64,000 nucleotides of DNA from Candidatus Falkowbacteria bacterium S5_I03 (GCA_019248265.1 JAEHGX010000004.1:9495-73494); one strand, 5' to 3'; shown: positions 36,740-45,889, numbered from the stretch's first letter. Notes: generated by a model not told the origin, from the letters alone. Program-made: numbers and translations.

Positions 36740-37282
36740 TTATAAATTTTTACTTAATTCTATTAAAATAGTTTTACTAAAATCTAAGGTGTAAGGAATG
36801 AAGCGGGATTTTTCTTCATCATTTAAATCCATTAACTTATCAATCGCCCAAGTTTCAAAACCAACCGCCTTACCGGCCTCAACTTTTAAATCATTGGCAT
36901 CTCCCTTAAATATATAAGCATAGCTCTCACCAAAAACATTATTTATTTTGCCGGTGGCCGGATCTTCGGAGTGACGCCGAGTTTTGTTGATAAAAATAAA
37001 ATCTTCCGGTTTTAAATTTAAACCGGTTTCTTCCCTAGTTTCTTTAATGGCGGTTTCTAAATAAGAATCACCAATTTCCACGTGGCCACCAACAGTCGCA
37101 TCTAACAAATCGGGGTAGGAATCTTTATCAGGCGCGCGATGTTGAAAAATAAATTTTTTATCCGGCGTCAAAAAATAAACATGGATTTCGCGATGCAGCA
37201 AACCGCGGCGATGAATTTCTTCCCGCTCCTCTGTCCCGATTATTTCGTCATTCTCATTAACGATGTTGAGCAAAGATTTCAT
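36740..37282 (-). CDS. NUDIX hydrolase
   Basis: GGHVEIGDSYLETAIKETREETGL. Confidence 0.85.
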   Translation of the reverse strand: MKSLLNIVNENDEIIGTEEREEIHRRGLLHREIHVYFLTPDKKFIFQHRAPDKDSYPDLLDATVGGHVEIGDSYLETAIKETREETGLNLKPEDFIFINKTRRHSEDPATGKINNVFGESYAYIFKGDANDLKVEAGKAVGFETWAIDKLMDLNDEEKSRFIPYTLDFSKTILIELSKNL

Positions 37283-37769
37283 AAGCTTCTTTTAAGAATA
37301 AGGAATCACGAATTTTAATAAATTGGCCTTCATAATCTTCCGGATTATCAGCATCCAATAATCTAATTGCCTCTTCAAAGCTGACCCATTTTATTTTAAA
37401 ACCATTAGCAAGTTCATCTGGGGTAAAATCCGGCTTGCCTTTAGCGCCAACGACCTTAGCTAAAAAACAAAAAGAGTCATTTCGTAAAGACCACTTATCG
37501 CGATATTCAATAATTTCTCCGACTTCGGCAAATTGTTCTACTTGGCAACCAATTTCTTCCTGACATTCTCGAATTAAAGCCTCATTAATAGTCTCGCCCT
37601 CATCAACTCCGCCACCCGGTAATTTATGCCGGTTATGTTTAGCAACATAAAGCAAGGCGACATTTTTATCATCATCGAAAACTACCGCTCGCGCCGCGGC
37701 GCGTTTTTCAAATTTCTCTAATTCCTCAGCCGGCAAATCTTTAAACTGAATGGTTTTTAGGAGCTTCAT
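37257..37769 (-). CDS. NUDIX hydrolase
   Basis: PGGGVDEGETINEALIRECQEEIG. The start is taken at MKLLKTIQ (the track ORF extends to 37841). Confidence 0.8.
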   Translation of the reverse strand: MKLLKTIQFKDLPAEELEKFEKRAAARAVVFDDDKNVALLYVAKHNRHKLPGGGVDEGETINEALIRECQEEIGCQVEQFAEVGEIIEYRDKWSLRNDSFCFLAKVVGAKGKPDFTPDELANGFKIKWVSFEEAIRLLDADNPEDYEGQFIKIRDSLFLKEAYEIFAQHR

Positions 37770-38646
37770 ATTGATTTTGATGTTTATAATTTCTATTTTT
37801 AAGCTTGGAAATGATAAAGCGATAAATGACGATAAAAACAAAAACAGAACTGGTGCTGATATAGACCAAGCGCATAGCTAATGTCTGGGAATCGGTTCCG
37901 AGAAATAAACCATGAACGAAAGAAAAGGTAAATAAAACATAAACAAAATAGTGAACACTGCGCCAAGCGCGCTTATACTTTAAGCGGAACCAGATAGAGG
38001 TAAAGATAACCGCCAACAAAATATAAAAGCCAAGAATCCCTAAACTTAAAAGCCAAGGGCTGAAATCTGAATAAAAAGGAATTAAAATATCTTTAAGATG
38101 AAGATTAATAAAATTATCAAATAGCAAGGCGGTCATATGAGCTAAAAGCACCAAAAACATCGCCAAACTCAAATATTTATGAGTAATCCAGGAGCGCACG
38201 GGGTTAAGATATTTATATAGATAGCCGGTAGTCATGCCAGCGCCTAGAACTACTATTAAAAACATCAAAATATAGGCAGAAATGCCGGCGGCGCGCGTAA
38301 TATACCAAGGGATACTGCTGGGCGCCTCATTTTCTTCCGACTCGGAGTTTTGCTTAACTAAACTAGCAGCGGGATCAGAAGAATTAAGAACATCACTACC
38401 GCTTAAAACTTCCGCCGCATCCAGATAGCCATCACCATCAGTATCCACCTTCAGCGGATCGCTGTGATAAGTATTAGTCTCCACTTGATCGGATAAACCG
38501 TCATAATCACTATCTTTAGTATAGTCCCCGACAGAGTTTGTTTGAGCAGTCGCAATCAAAGTATATCCCCAAAAAGCTAAGCTGAATATTATGAGCCCCC
38601 AGCCCCAAAAGCGAATTTTTTTCACTTTTTTAGTATTTTGAATCAT
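37741..38646 (-). CDS. ferric-reductase-type (MsrQ/NOX-like) di-heme transmembrane domain protein with N-terminal DxDxDG repeats
   Basis: TM core with paired His residues (THKY../LLAHM.., SVHYF../FVHGL). N-terminal DSDYDGLSD and DTDGDGYLD. Confidence 0.7.
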   Translation of the reverse strand: MIQNTKKVKKIRFWGWGLIIFSLAFWGYTLIATAQTNSVGDYTKDSDYDGLSDQVETNTYHSDPLKVDTDGDGYLDAAEVLSGSDVLNSSDPAASLVKQNSESEENEAPSSIPWYITRAAGISAYILMFLIVVLGAGMTTGYLYKYLNPVRSWITHKYLSLAMFLVLLAHMTALLFDNFINLHLKDILIPFYSDFSPWLLSLGILGFYILLAVIFTSIWFRLKYKRAWRSVHYFVYVLFTFSFVHGLFLGTDSQTLAMRLVYISTSSVFVFIVIYRFIISKLKNRNYKHQNQYEAPKNHSV

Positions 38647-38650
38647 ATGT

Positions 38651-39598
38651 TTATTTCTTTAAATAATTATTGGCACGCGAAGATATAAGCGTTCCTTGAT
38701 CTTTAGTAAATATTATACAGGCTGAATCTTTTTCATTTTCAATAAACTCTAAACCTTTTTCTGTTCCTAAAATTAAAACCGTTTTAGCATAGATGTCGGC
38801 TTTAACGGCATCGGCGGAAATAACCGTCACCGACAAAATATTATTTTCTACCGGCAAACCTGAACCGGGGTCAATAATATGATGGGCTTCAAAATTACCT
38901 CTCTTCCAAGTTCTTTCTAAAATTCCAGAAGTAGCAATTCCTAAACGTTTACCGCGCGTGTTAAGAAAAAAAATATTTTCTTCCGGAGTAAGCGGATTTT
39001 GTACGGCTACATCCCAACCCTGAGCGCCTTCCTGATTACCGACCGCCCAAATATCACCACCGGCGGAAATAAGAAAATTTTTCACTCTTTGAAAGATTGT
39101 AGCTCCCAGTAAGTCAACGATATAACCTTTGGCAAAACCGCCTAAATCAACTCTAAATTCGCGAGGCCGATAAATTATACGGCCGACAACTTTTAAAGTT
39201 TCCATTTTGGGACGCGCCGCAAATTCCGTCTGAATTTTTTTTAAATTAATTTTATCAGATTCTGCCTGGATATTATTAGCTCCTAAATCAAGAAAGTTTT
39301 TATCATATCCGATTCCTTCCAGACTACTGATAACCGTCGGGTCAAACTTGCCTCCAGTTTTTAAATAATAGTATTTGGCCAAGCGCAACAGCTCAGCCAT
39401 AGTTTCGGTGACTTCGATTTCCGTCTCCGGCGAAGCGTTGAAATTATCAAGTTCATTGCCGGAAATAAAACGACTGAATCTTTTTTCAAAGTCCAATACC
39501 GCTTTCTCCGCTGCCGCTAATATTTTATCGGATTCCGACACTTCCGGCAGAAAGAAAATAATATCGGTTCCTAGAGCTTTAAATTCGCGCCACATCAT
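38651..39598 (-). CDS. apbE: FAD:protein FMN transferase (ApbE family)
   Basis: FDPTV, DLGGFAKGYIVD, ATSGILERTW and HHIIDPGSGLP. No obvious signal peptide (starts MMWREFKALGTD). Confidence 0.85.
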   Translation of the reverse strand: MMWREFKALGTDIIFFLPEVSESDKILAAAEKAVLDFEKRFSRFISGNELDNFNASPETEIEVTETMAELLRLAKYYYLKTGGKFDPTVISSLEGIGYDKNFLDLGANNIQAESDKINLKKIQTEFAARPKMETLKVVGRIIYRPREFRVDLGGFAKGYIVDLLGATIFQRVKNFLISAGGDIWAVGNQEGAQGWDVAVQNPLTPEENIFFLNTRGKRLGIATSGILERTWKRGNFEAHHIIDPGSGLPVENNILSVTVISADAVKADIYAKTVLILGTEKGLEFIENEKDSACIIFTKDQGTLISSRANNYLKK

Positions 39599-39603
39599 TC
39601 AAA

Positions 39604-40032
39604 TTATTTTAATAATTTTTCTAAATCGTCGCCAACCCCATTTTTATTTTTATCTATCAAAAAATAGGCAAAGTCATCTTCACTGGGATATTTATCGTAC
39701 GAATCTATAACGCCGTCCTGATCAGAATCTACCAAGGCAGCCAAGTTAAAAACTCCGCTAACGGCATTGGTAATTGTTGGGGTCTGAATAATATTTTCAG
39801 TGTCTGACTCTTCCCACTTATCTTCATCCTCGTCCTCATATTCTTCACGATCTTCTTCGTCATCCTCCCATTCGTCTTCTTCCCTTTCTTCTCTTCCTAA
39901 AAACCAAAAACGCTCGCCATCTTCTTCATCATCTTCGGCATGACTCAAAGAGGCGAAAGAAAAGGCGGAAATAAATAGCATTAATATTATAAAAAATGGC
40001 AGTAATATTTTTTTGAAATTAATCTTTTTCAT
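39604..40032 (-). CDS. secreted, highly acidic protein with DxDxDG-type motifs
   Basis: Signal peptide, an E/D-rich tract (EDEWEDDEEDREEYEDEDEDKWEE), DSDQDGVIDSYD and DKNKNGVGDD. Confidence 0.6.
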   Translation of the reverse strand: MKKINFKKILLPFFIILMLFISAFSFASLSHAEDDEEDGERFWFLGREEREEDEWEDDEEDREEYEDEDEDKWEESDTENIIQTPTITNAVSGVFNLAALVDSDQDGVIDSYDKYPSEDDFAYFLIDKNKNGVGDDLEKLLK

Positions 40033-40052
40033 AAATAAAGTAATTAATTAAA

Positions 40053-41177
40053 TTATCTCGCTCGGCTAACACCGGTAGTGGGAGTTGGCGATGTTTTTGG
40101 GGGCGTATAAACCGGGGCCGGAACATAAACGGTGGCTGGAGTGTAGACCGGAGTGGCTGCTGGCGTGCTCGAAGAACTTGCCACCGGCGTAGTAGCTGAA
40201 TTTGTGGCTGCACTTTTAGCCGCTAAAATTTGCTGATTCAAATCAGACAGCGCCTTGTTCTTGGAATCATAAATAGTAATCATCCGTTCATAAGTTGCTG
40301 AATTTATCATCGCTAGTTGATTGGCATCGTAGTTCTTCTTAGCAGTCTTGGGGGTCGGTTCATAAATAAAACTAAAAAAGATAATGGCCGCGACTAAGGC
40401 GGAGAAGGCTAAAGCATAAGAAATGTTTTTTAAACGCGCCCCCCATGATTTATCGGGAATCATGGAAAATTCTTCCATCTTAATCTGCGCGCGCGATACC
40501 CCCAATCTTAGGAGATTGGCAACCATGGAGGCCATAAACAAGCTGGGACCACAGATAAAAAAAGTTTTGCCGCTAACATCACCGACAAAATTTTTAATTT
40601 GCTCGGCGCTAATTCTAGTATTTATTACATTAGTCTCAGTCGCTCCGGTTTCTTCCGTAAAAGAAAAAAGAGTCCTTAGATTAGAATTTCTGGTTTGCAA
40701 ACTTCTTATTTCCGGATAAAAAGTAGCCCCCGATTTGGTGCGGGCACTATAAATGAGCGCCAACTTATTACTGAGCTTAAGATCGTTAGCATAATTCAAG
40801 GCGCTAAAAAAAGGCGTAATGCCAATCCCGCCGGCAATCATTACGGCATCCGGATATTTATTAGCTTGATAGCAAAAATTTCCATAAGGACCAAATACCC
40901 GCAATTCATCTCCGACTTGCAAATTTAAAAGACCATGCGTAAAAGCGCCTTCAATTTTAATACCGAAAGAAATGCTTTGGGAGCCAGTCGGAGAGCTAGC
41001 CAAAGAAAAGGCGTGCTTATCCTCCATCTGCCCTAACCGATTACGATACGAAATCATGGCGTACTGCCCTGGTTGATAGTTAAAAACTGGACGTTCTGAT
41101 TTATCGCCAGCCTCAATAATCACTTGATTCGGGGCTGGTTGAAAAATTTTCTTGATATAGTACTTATACTCAGACAT
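40053..41177 (-). CDS. FNR-type FAD/NAD(P)-binding oxidoreductase with one TM helix and a Thr/Pro-rich C-terminal tail
   Basis: YQPGQYAMISY, HAFSLASSP and MIAGGIGITPF. TM ISYALAFSALVAAIIFFSFIY. Tail ..TPVYTPATVYVPAPVYTPPKTSPTPTTG. Confidence 0.75.
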   Translation of the reverse strand: MSEYKYYIKKIFQPAPNQVIIEAGDKSERPVFNYQPGQYAMISYRNRLGQMEDKHAFSLASSPTGSQSISFGIKIEGAFTHGLLNLQVGDELRVFGPYGNFCYQANKYPDAVMIAGGIGITPFFSALNYANDLKLSNKLALIYSARTKSGATFYPEIRSLQTRNSNLRTLFSFTEETGATETNVINTRISAEQIKNFVGDVSGKTFFICGPSLFMASMVANLLRLGVSRAQIKMEEFSMIPDKSWGARLKNISYALAFSALVAAIIFFSFIYEPTPKTAKKNYDANQLAMINSATYERMITIYDSKNKALSDLNQQILAAKSAATNSATTPVASSSSTPAATPVYTPATVYVPAPVYTPPKTSPTPTTGVSRAR

Positions 41178-41185
41178 AGGCTTGC

Positions 41186-42022
41186 TTATGGTTTTTCTTT
41201 ATTATAACTGTTATTACTACGTTTGTCAGCTTCATTATCTTCTTGATCGCCCCCATTAGCCCGCCCGCGATGATTATCGCGATTGTCATCTTGATTATTA
41301 TCTTGTTTGCCATCCGACTCATCCTTTTCTTCTTCATCATCCAGGTCCTCACCTTGATATTTATACTTTTGATTATTAATTATGTTTTGCGCCTGATTAA
41401 CAAGTTCTAATATTTGATTATCTTCACTTAATTCCGCATATTCGGCAATTTTATCCAGGTATTCACTCTTAGCTTTATCCGCCTCCTTAGCCTGAAGCGC
41501 GGCGGCGCTGGCTTTTTGGTAATCGCCTAATTTATTAATAGACTCAAGAACCGCCTGTTGATTATTAACCACCTCCGAAATATTTTTCTCTATATTATTA
41601 CTAACGCTTGTTTTGACGTTCTTGGTGGCCGGGGTGGTGCTAGAATTCTTCTGGCTTAAATTGACGGCTTCTTCCAAGCGGCGGACGGACTGCTTCTCGT
41701 AAGCGGCAATTTTAGCAGTTTTATTCGGCGCGATATTCTGTTCTATTTTTTCAACTGCTTTTTTTAAAGGATAAATAATATTTCCAGGAACTACGCTGTC
41801 ACTGGCATAGGCAAAAATAGAGGTCGCACTAAAAATAAGCACTAAGACCATGGCGGCCACTAATCCCTTGTTGAGAAAGCTCAATTCATGATTAAAGACA
41901 AACAATCTTTTTAGATAAGCAAAAACCATTAAGCGATAAAGCTGGAATCTTATTTTTAAGTCAGCGCGACGGCTTAACTTATTTTTAGGCAGATTGTTTA
42001 AAATTTTTTCTAAATTGTCCAT
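41186..42022 (-). CDS. putative anti-sigma factor (single-pass membrane protein)
   Basis: Follows the ECF sigma gene by 11 nt. Short cytoplasmic N-terminus, TM GLVAAMVLVLIFSATSIFAYA, helical ectodomain and an acidic/basic tail. Confidence 0.55.
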   Translation of the reverse strand: MDNLEKILNNLPKNKLSRRADLKIRFQLYRLMVFAYLKRLFVFNHELSFLNKGLVAAMVLVLIFSATSIFAYASDSVVPGNIIYPLKKAVEKIEQNIAPNKTAKIAAYEKQSVRRLEEAVNLSQKNSSTTPATKNVKTSVSNNIEKNISEVVNNQQAVLESINKLGDYQKASAAALQAKEADKAKSEYLDKIAEYAELSEDNQILELVNQAQNIINNQKYKYQGEDLDDEEEKDESDGKQDNNQDDNRDNHRGRANGGDQEDNEADKRSNNSYNKEKP

Positions 42023-42033
42023 ATTTATTTTTC

Positions 42034-42531
42034 TTATATCTTCTTTAATTTTTGACGCAACTTCTCTAAACTGCGACTGACCTGCGTCCGAACTGCACCC
42101 TCTTCCTTACACAAAATATCCGCAATCTCGCGATAATCAAGTTCATCCACAAAGCGGAAACGGAGGATATCGCGATCACTAGCGGCCATTTCATCAATTA
42201 CTTGCAAGACTTGTTCCGCTTCGTATTTTTCCTCAAACTGATTGTTGTTAGTATCCGGAATAAAATCCTCTAATTCTTCCAAAGGGACTGTGGTTCTGCC
42301 GGCGCGCACATAATGATTTATTAAATGATTATGAGCAATCGCGTAAATCCAAGACTGAAATTTTTGATTCTCGTCAAAACTGGCGAAAGCCTTCAAAGCC
42401 TTAATAAAAACCTCGGAAGTCAAATCTTCAGCAAGAGCTTTATCAAAACCAACTCGATATAAAAAATAATTAAAAATTTTATCCTTGAATTGGTTGTAAT
42501 AAGCAAGAAAATTGTCTTGTTTTGTAGCCAT
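42034..42531 (-). CDS. ECF-type RNA polymerase sigma-70 family factor
   Basis: 165 aa. Region 2 is like ..FQSWIYAIAHNHLINHY and region 4 HTH is YREIADILCKEEGAVRTQVSRSLEKLR. Confidence 0.85.
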   Translation of the reverse strand: MATKQDNFLAYYNQFKDKIFNYFLYRVGFDKALAEDLTSEVFIKALKAFASFDENQKFQSWIYAIAHNHLINHYVRAGRTTVPLEELEDFIPDTNNNQFEEKYEAEQVLQVIDEMAASDRDILRFRFVDELDYREIADILCKEEGAVRTQVSRSLEKLRQKLKKI

Positions 42532-42603
42532 GTCTACTTATAACTATTAATACCCCGGATTATGGAAACCGTTACAAAATTGTTTATATATTATATCTGG
42601 AGA

Positions 42604-42643
42604 TGTAACAAAAAACAATCTAACTGGTACTAGTATGTGTAAG
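42604..42643 (-). promoter_or_regulatory. copy S of the shared promoter motif, upstream of the ECF sigma operon
   Basis: Minus strand: CTTACA (42643-42638), N17, GATTGT (42620-42615), then TTTTTGTTAC. The 15-mer ATTGTTTTTTGTTAC is identical to copy A. Confidence 0.5.
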
Positions 42644-42663
42644 TTGGAATTTTAAAAATTAAT

Positions 42664-42692
42664 TTGACGAATTTATTAAATTGTTTTATTAA
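42664..42692 (+). promoter_or_regulatory. sigma70-type promoter for the FN3-repeat gene
   Basis: TTGACG (42664-42669), 17-nt spacer, TATTAA (42687-42692). Confidence 0.5.
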
Positions 42693-42712
42693 ATCTCGTC
42701 TCCAATAAACAT

Positions 42713-43813
42713 ATGACAAAAAATAACAAAATTATTTCTGGAGTCATTGCCCTGTTTCTAGTGGCAACTCCAATTTTTGCTCTTAGAGCCTTAGCGGTCA
42801 CAGATACCACGCCGCCTAGCCAGCCCAATGGTTTAACGGCCGCACTTAATGTCGGTAACCAAGTAATTCTCTCTTGGAATCCGGCGACTGACAATACTGG
42901 CGTTATCGGTTACACTATTATAAGAAATACAGACATTCTCGCTAATGCTGCAAATACTAGCTATATTGATATCAATGTTCTCGCCAGCACTAATTATTCT
43001 TATTCCGTTCTGGCTTATGACGCTGCCGGAAATGTTTCTTCTTTATCCAGTTCGGTTTCTATAAATACGGCGAGCTCAAGCGATGTGACTGCACCGAGCG
43101 CCCCTAGCAATTTAAGTGCCAATGTTATTTCTTCAAACCAAGTGAACCTAAATTGGACCGCCGCTACCGATAATGTCGCGGTTGTCGGGTATACTATTCT
43201 AAGAAACAATGTAATTATTGCCAACTCGGCCACCAACAGCTTCTCGGATTTATCGGTTTCTCCAAATACTAGTTATTCCTACGCAGTATTAGCCTATGAT
43301 GCCGCCGGTAATCTTTCTCTACAATCGAATACGGCAGCGGCTACTACTCCAGCAACCGCAACCGACACCACTATTCCCAGCACTCCCGGAGACTTATTAG
43401 CAACCGCCATTTCTCCCAGCCGAATAAATCTTTCATGGTCAGTCGCTAACGATAACGTCGGCGTTACCGGCTACAACATTTATCGCAATAATGTTTTAAT
43501 CGCTACTTCCAGTGTTAACAGTTTTGCAAACATCGGTTTAAGCGCCTCAACTTCATATACCTTTTACGTGAAGGCTTACGATGCTGCCGGCAATATCTCC
43601 GCGCAGTCAAATGTTGCCACTGCAACAACCTTAGCCATTCCTAGCCATCGCGATGATGATGAGGATGAGGATGAAGATGTCAACTGTCATGAGGACAACG
43701 GCAAACATCTTGGACAATTAAAAGAACATGAAAATAACGGCAAGCATCTCGGACAACTAAAGCTTCGCCTTAACGCTCAGGTTGGACGCGATCATGGTCA
43801 TAAGAATAAATAA
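42713..43813 (+). CDS. secreted protein with three fibronectin type III repeats and an acidic/His-rich tail
   Basis: Signal peptide, then three ~95-aa repeats (..LSWNPATDNTGVIGYTIIRN..YSYSVLAYDAAGN..). Tail DDDEDEDEDVNCHEDNGKHLGQLKEHENNGKHLGQLK. Confidence 0.8.
   Translation: MTKNNKIISGVIALFLVATPIFALRALAVTDTTPPSQPNGLTAALNVGNQVILSWNPATDNTGVIGYTIIRNTDILANAANTSYIDINVLASTNYSYSVLAYDAAGNVSSLSSSVSINTASSSDVTAPSAPSNLSANVISSNQVNLNWTAATDNVAVVGYTILRNNVIIANSATNSFSDLSVSPNTSYSYAVLAYDAAGNLSLQSNTAAATTPATATDTTIPSTPGDLLATAISPSRINLSWSVANDNVGVTGYNIYRNNVLIATSSVNSFANIGLSASTSYTFYVKAYDAAGNISAQSNVATATTLAIPSHRDDDEDEDEDVNCHEDNGKHLGQLKEHENNGKHLGQLKLRLNAQVGRDHGHKNK
42830..43630 (+). repeat. three tandem ~285-bp coding repeats (FN3 modules)
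   Basis: The recurring protein blocks TDN.(G/A)V.GY.I.RN and AYDAAGN(V/L/I)S are visible at DNA level (gcttatgacgctgccggaaat / gcctatgatgccgccggtaat / gcttacgatgctgccggcaat). Confidence 0.75.
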
Positions 43814-43850
43814 CAAGTGATTTGAAATTGATCACCCGCAAAGTGAATCT

Positions 43851-43880
43851 AAAAAACTCGGTCAGACGATCGAGTTTTTT
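43851..43880 (+). terminator. intrinsic terminator after the FN3 gene
   Basis: AACTCGGTC-agac-GATCGAGTT followed by TTTT. Confidence 0.65.
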
Positions 43881-43954
43881 AGTTAAATATTTATTGATTT
43901 TTTGGTAAATAAATGGTATTTTAATAATGATTTTATTATTAAGCGTTAAATAAA

Positions 43955-44695
43955 ATGGCCAACAAAATAAAAGAAGATTTAAGCAGAAGGCTGAAAGAGA
44001 TTCAAAAAAACTTAGAAACCAGCAAGGACGTCCGCATCAAAAAATTAGAAGAATGGAGTGAAGAAGTTAAAAAGTCTTTTGATAATGCCATTAACTCGCT
44101 TGATTTTAAAATAAATATTTTACAAGAGTTAAAAGCGCAAGCCAATAATCTAAGGGCCTGGAAACTGAGCTCGCTAAAAACTCTTTTTCCTCTTAACTTT
44201 AAATATATCTTAAGCATGCCTTTCATCTATGGCATGATAATCCCGGGCTTCTTTTTCCATCTTTGTCTAGAAATATATCATCAGGTTTGTTTTCGAATTT
44301 ATGGCATTCCGCGGGTTAGACCGGGTGATTACTTTATTTATAATCGCCGCCTGCTTCCCTACTTAAATTGGATAGAAAAATTAAACTGCGTCTACTGCAG
44401 TTATTTCAATAATCTCTTGCAATACGCCGTGGAAATATCCGGCCGCACTGAACGCTATTGGTGCCCGATTAAATATGCGACCAGGGTCGAAAAAACTCAT
44501 TCCCAATACAATAAATTTGTGGACTATTTGGATGCTAAAAACTTCCGCGAAAAATGGGAAGACTTAAGAGATTTTTCTGACATTGAAAAAGCAGAAGCGC
44601 AAATCGCGGCTAGAAAAAAAGAACTGCTAAAAGACGAATGCTCGGAATGCGATTTTATAAACAAAAAAAACGAGGAGCCTAAAAAGAGAGCCTAA
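43955..44695 (+). CDS. hypothetical protein (coiled-coil N-terminus, hydrophobic hairpin, Cys-rich core)
   Basis: 246 aa, with ..LNCVYCSYFNNLLQYAVEISGRTERYWCPIKYA.. and C-terminal CSECDF. No family recognised. Confidence 0.55.
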   Translation: MANKIKEDLSRRLKEIQKNLETSKDVRIKKLEEWSEEVKKSFDNAINSLDFKINILQELKAQANNLRAWKLSSLKTLFPLNFKYILSMPFIYGMIIPGFFFHLCLEIYHQVCFRIYGIPRVRPGDYFIYNRRLLPYLNWIEKLNCVYCSYFNNLLQYAVEISGRTERYWCPIKYATRVEKTHSQYNKFVDYLDAKNFREKWEDLRDFSDIEKAEAQIAARKKELLKDECSECDFINKKNEEPKKRA

Positions 44696-44698
44696 TTT

Positions 44699-45226
44699 TT
44701 ATATTTTATAAAAATATATTTTTTTATTCTTAACGGCTATGGTCTTCTCGGGAACAAATTGAGGAATCGGAAAACTGCGACTGATAATCTGAGTGCCTGG
44801 ACGGCACTCTTTTTTGAACTTATCTCCTAATTTCCGCATGGTTTCATTATTCAAGTAACAATAAATCAAATCGGCGTCTTGCAGATTAAGCGTCAAAAAA
44901 TCTTTTTTCCATAATTTTATTTTACTTAAAGAAAGCTTTAGCCTTAACCAGTTAATGTAATAGAGGCTGGCTAAATTTTCTACGCCGATTAATTTAAGGC
45001 CTGGAAAAGTTTTCTCGGCGATTCTTAAAAATCGAGCGCGGCCACAACCGAGTTCATAGATTAGTAAAGGTGGATTAATGGAACTGGCCGCCAAGATAGT
45101 TTTAATAGTTTCTCTATCGGTAGAAATAAAGGGGGCATATCCTTTAAAAAAAACATTATAAAATTGAGAAACAAAAAAGACAAAATAAATAAGCAGGGCT
45201 AAAACGATGATAAGTAATAAATACAT
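44699..45226 (-). CDS. class I SAM-dependent methyltransferase with an N-terminal TM anchor
   Basis: Motif I IYELGCGRARF. Confidence 0.65.
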   Translation of the reverse strand: MYLLLIIVLALLIYFVFFVSQFYNVFFKGYAPFISTDRETIKTILAASSINPPLLIYELGCGRARFLRIAEKTFPGLKLIGVENLASLYYINWLRLKLSLSKIKLWKKDFLTLNLQDADLIYCYLNNETMRKLGDKFKKECRPGTQIISRSFPIPQFVPEKTIAVKNKKIYFYKI

Positions 45227-45295
45227 ATTTTAATATTATATTAGTAATTATAGCCTGGCGAGAAAATAAAAAGAAGCTTTGGACTGGCAAGCGCT

Positions 45296-45889
45296 ATGAG
45301 CCTTTGCTATACTATATATATGAAAACTAATTATCAAAGCTCAAAGTTAACCGCTATTATTAAATATTTTATCGCTCCCGTAATTACCGGACTGTTTATC
45401 TATATGCTCTTTTTGGTTGCTCGCGGCGGCGATTTGGAAGATTTTTCTTTAGCCGAACTGCCGCTGATGGCCTGGGCGGTCGGGATGGCGGTCGCGAGCG
45501 CCATTTATTTTAAGGCCGTAAATATAAGCGAACAAAATATTACAGTTGGTCACGGTATTAATAAAAAAATTATAGACTATAAGAATATCTCTTGGGTAGC
45601 CCAAACTTATATCGGTCGAACATCGGTATTTTTTAAATATCTAAATCCGGAAACTAAGCGCACGCAGATTATCAGCTTCATCCCTGAAATCTACACCGAC
45701 ACTCAATTCCCTAAAATTATCCGCCATCCTTATAGCGAATTAGAGGTCACTGATTTTATTAGAGCTCAAATCAAACTAGCCAAGGGAGAATATAATTCTC
45801 AGGCAGAGCCTTCGCAATGGACATTTCTGTGGTTAATTTTATTATCAATCCTTCCTTTTGCCTTAATTTCAATTTGGCTCATAAAATAA
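45296..45889 (+). CDS. hypothetical membrane protein
   Basis: Three to four TM helices. The likely true start is MKTNYQ at 45320. The stop abuts the next gene. Confidence 0.55.
   Translation: MSLCYTIYMKTNYQSSKLTAIIKYFIAPVITGLFIYMLFLVARGGDLEDFSLAELPLMAWAVGMAVASAIYFKAVNISEQNITVGHGINKKIIDYKNISWVAQTYIGRTSVFFKYLNPETKRTQIISFIPEIYTDTQFPKIIRHPYSELEVTDFIRAQIKLAKGEYNSQAEPSQWTFLWLILLSILPFALISIWLIK

Noticed and set aside
42830-43770. Tandem repeats as a possible CRISPR or minisatellite array. The same question applies to 25871-25930 and 22960-23010.
   Set aside because: All lie in-frame inside long ORFs (FN3 modules, the NGKHLGQLK duplication, the helicase tail and the EQ/ER tract). None shows a repeat-spacer organisation.
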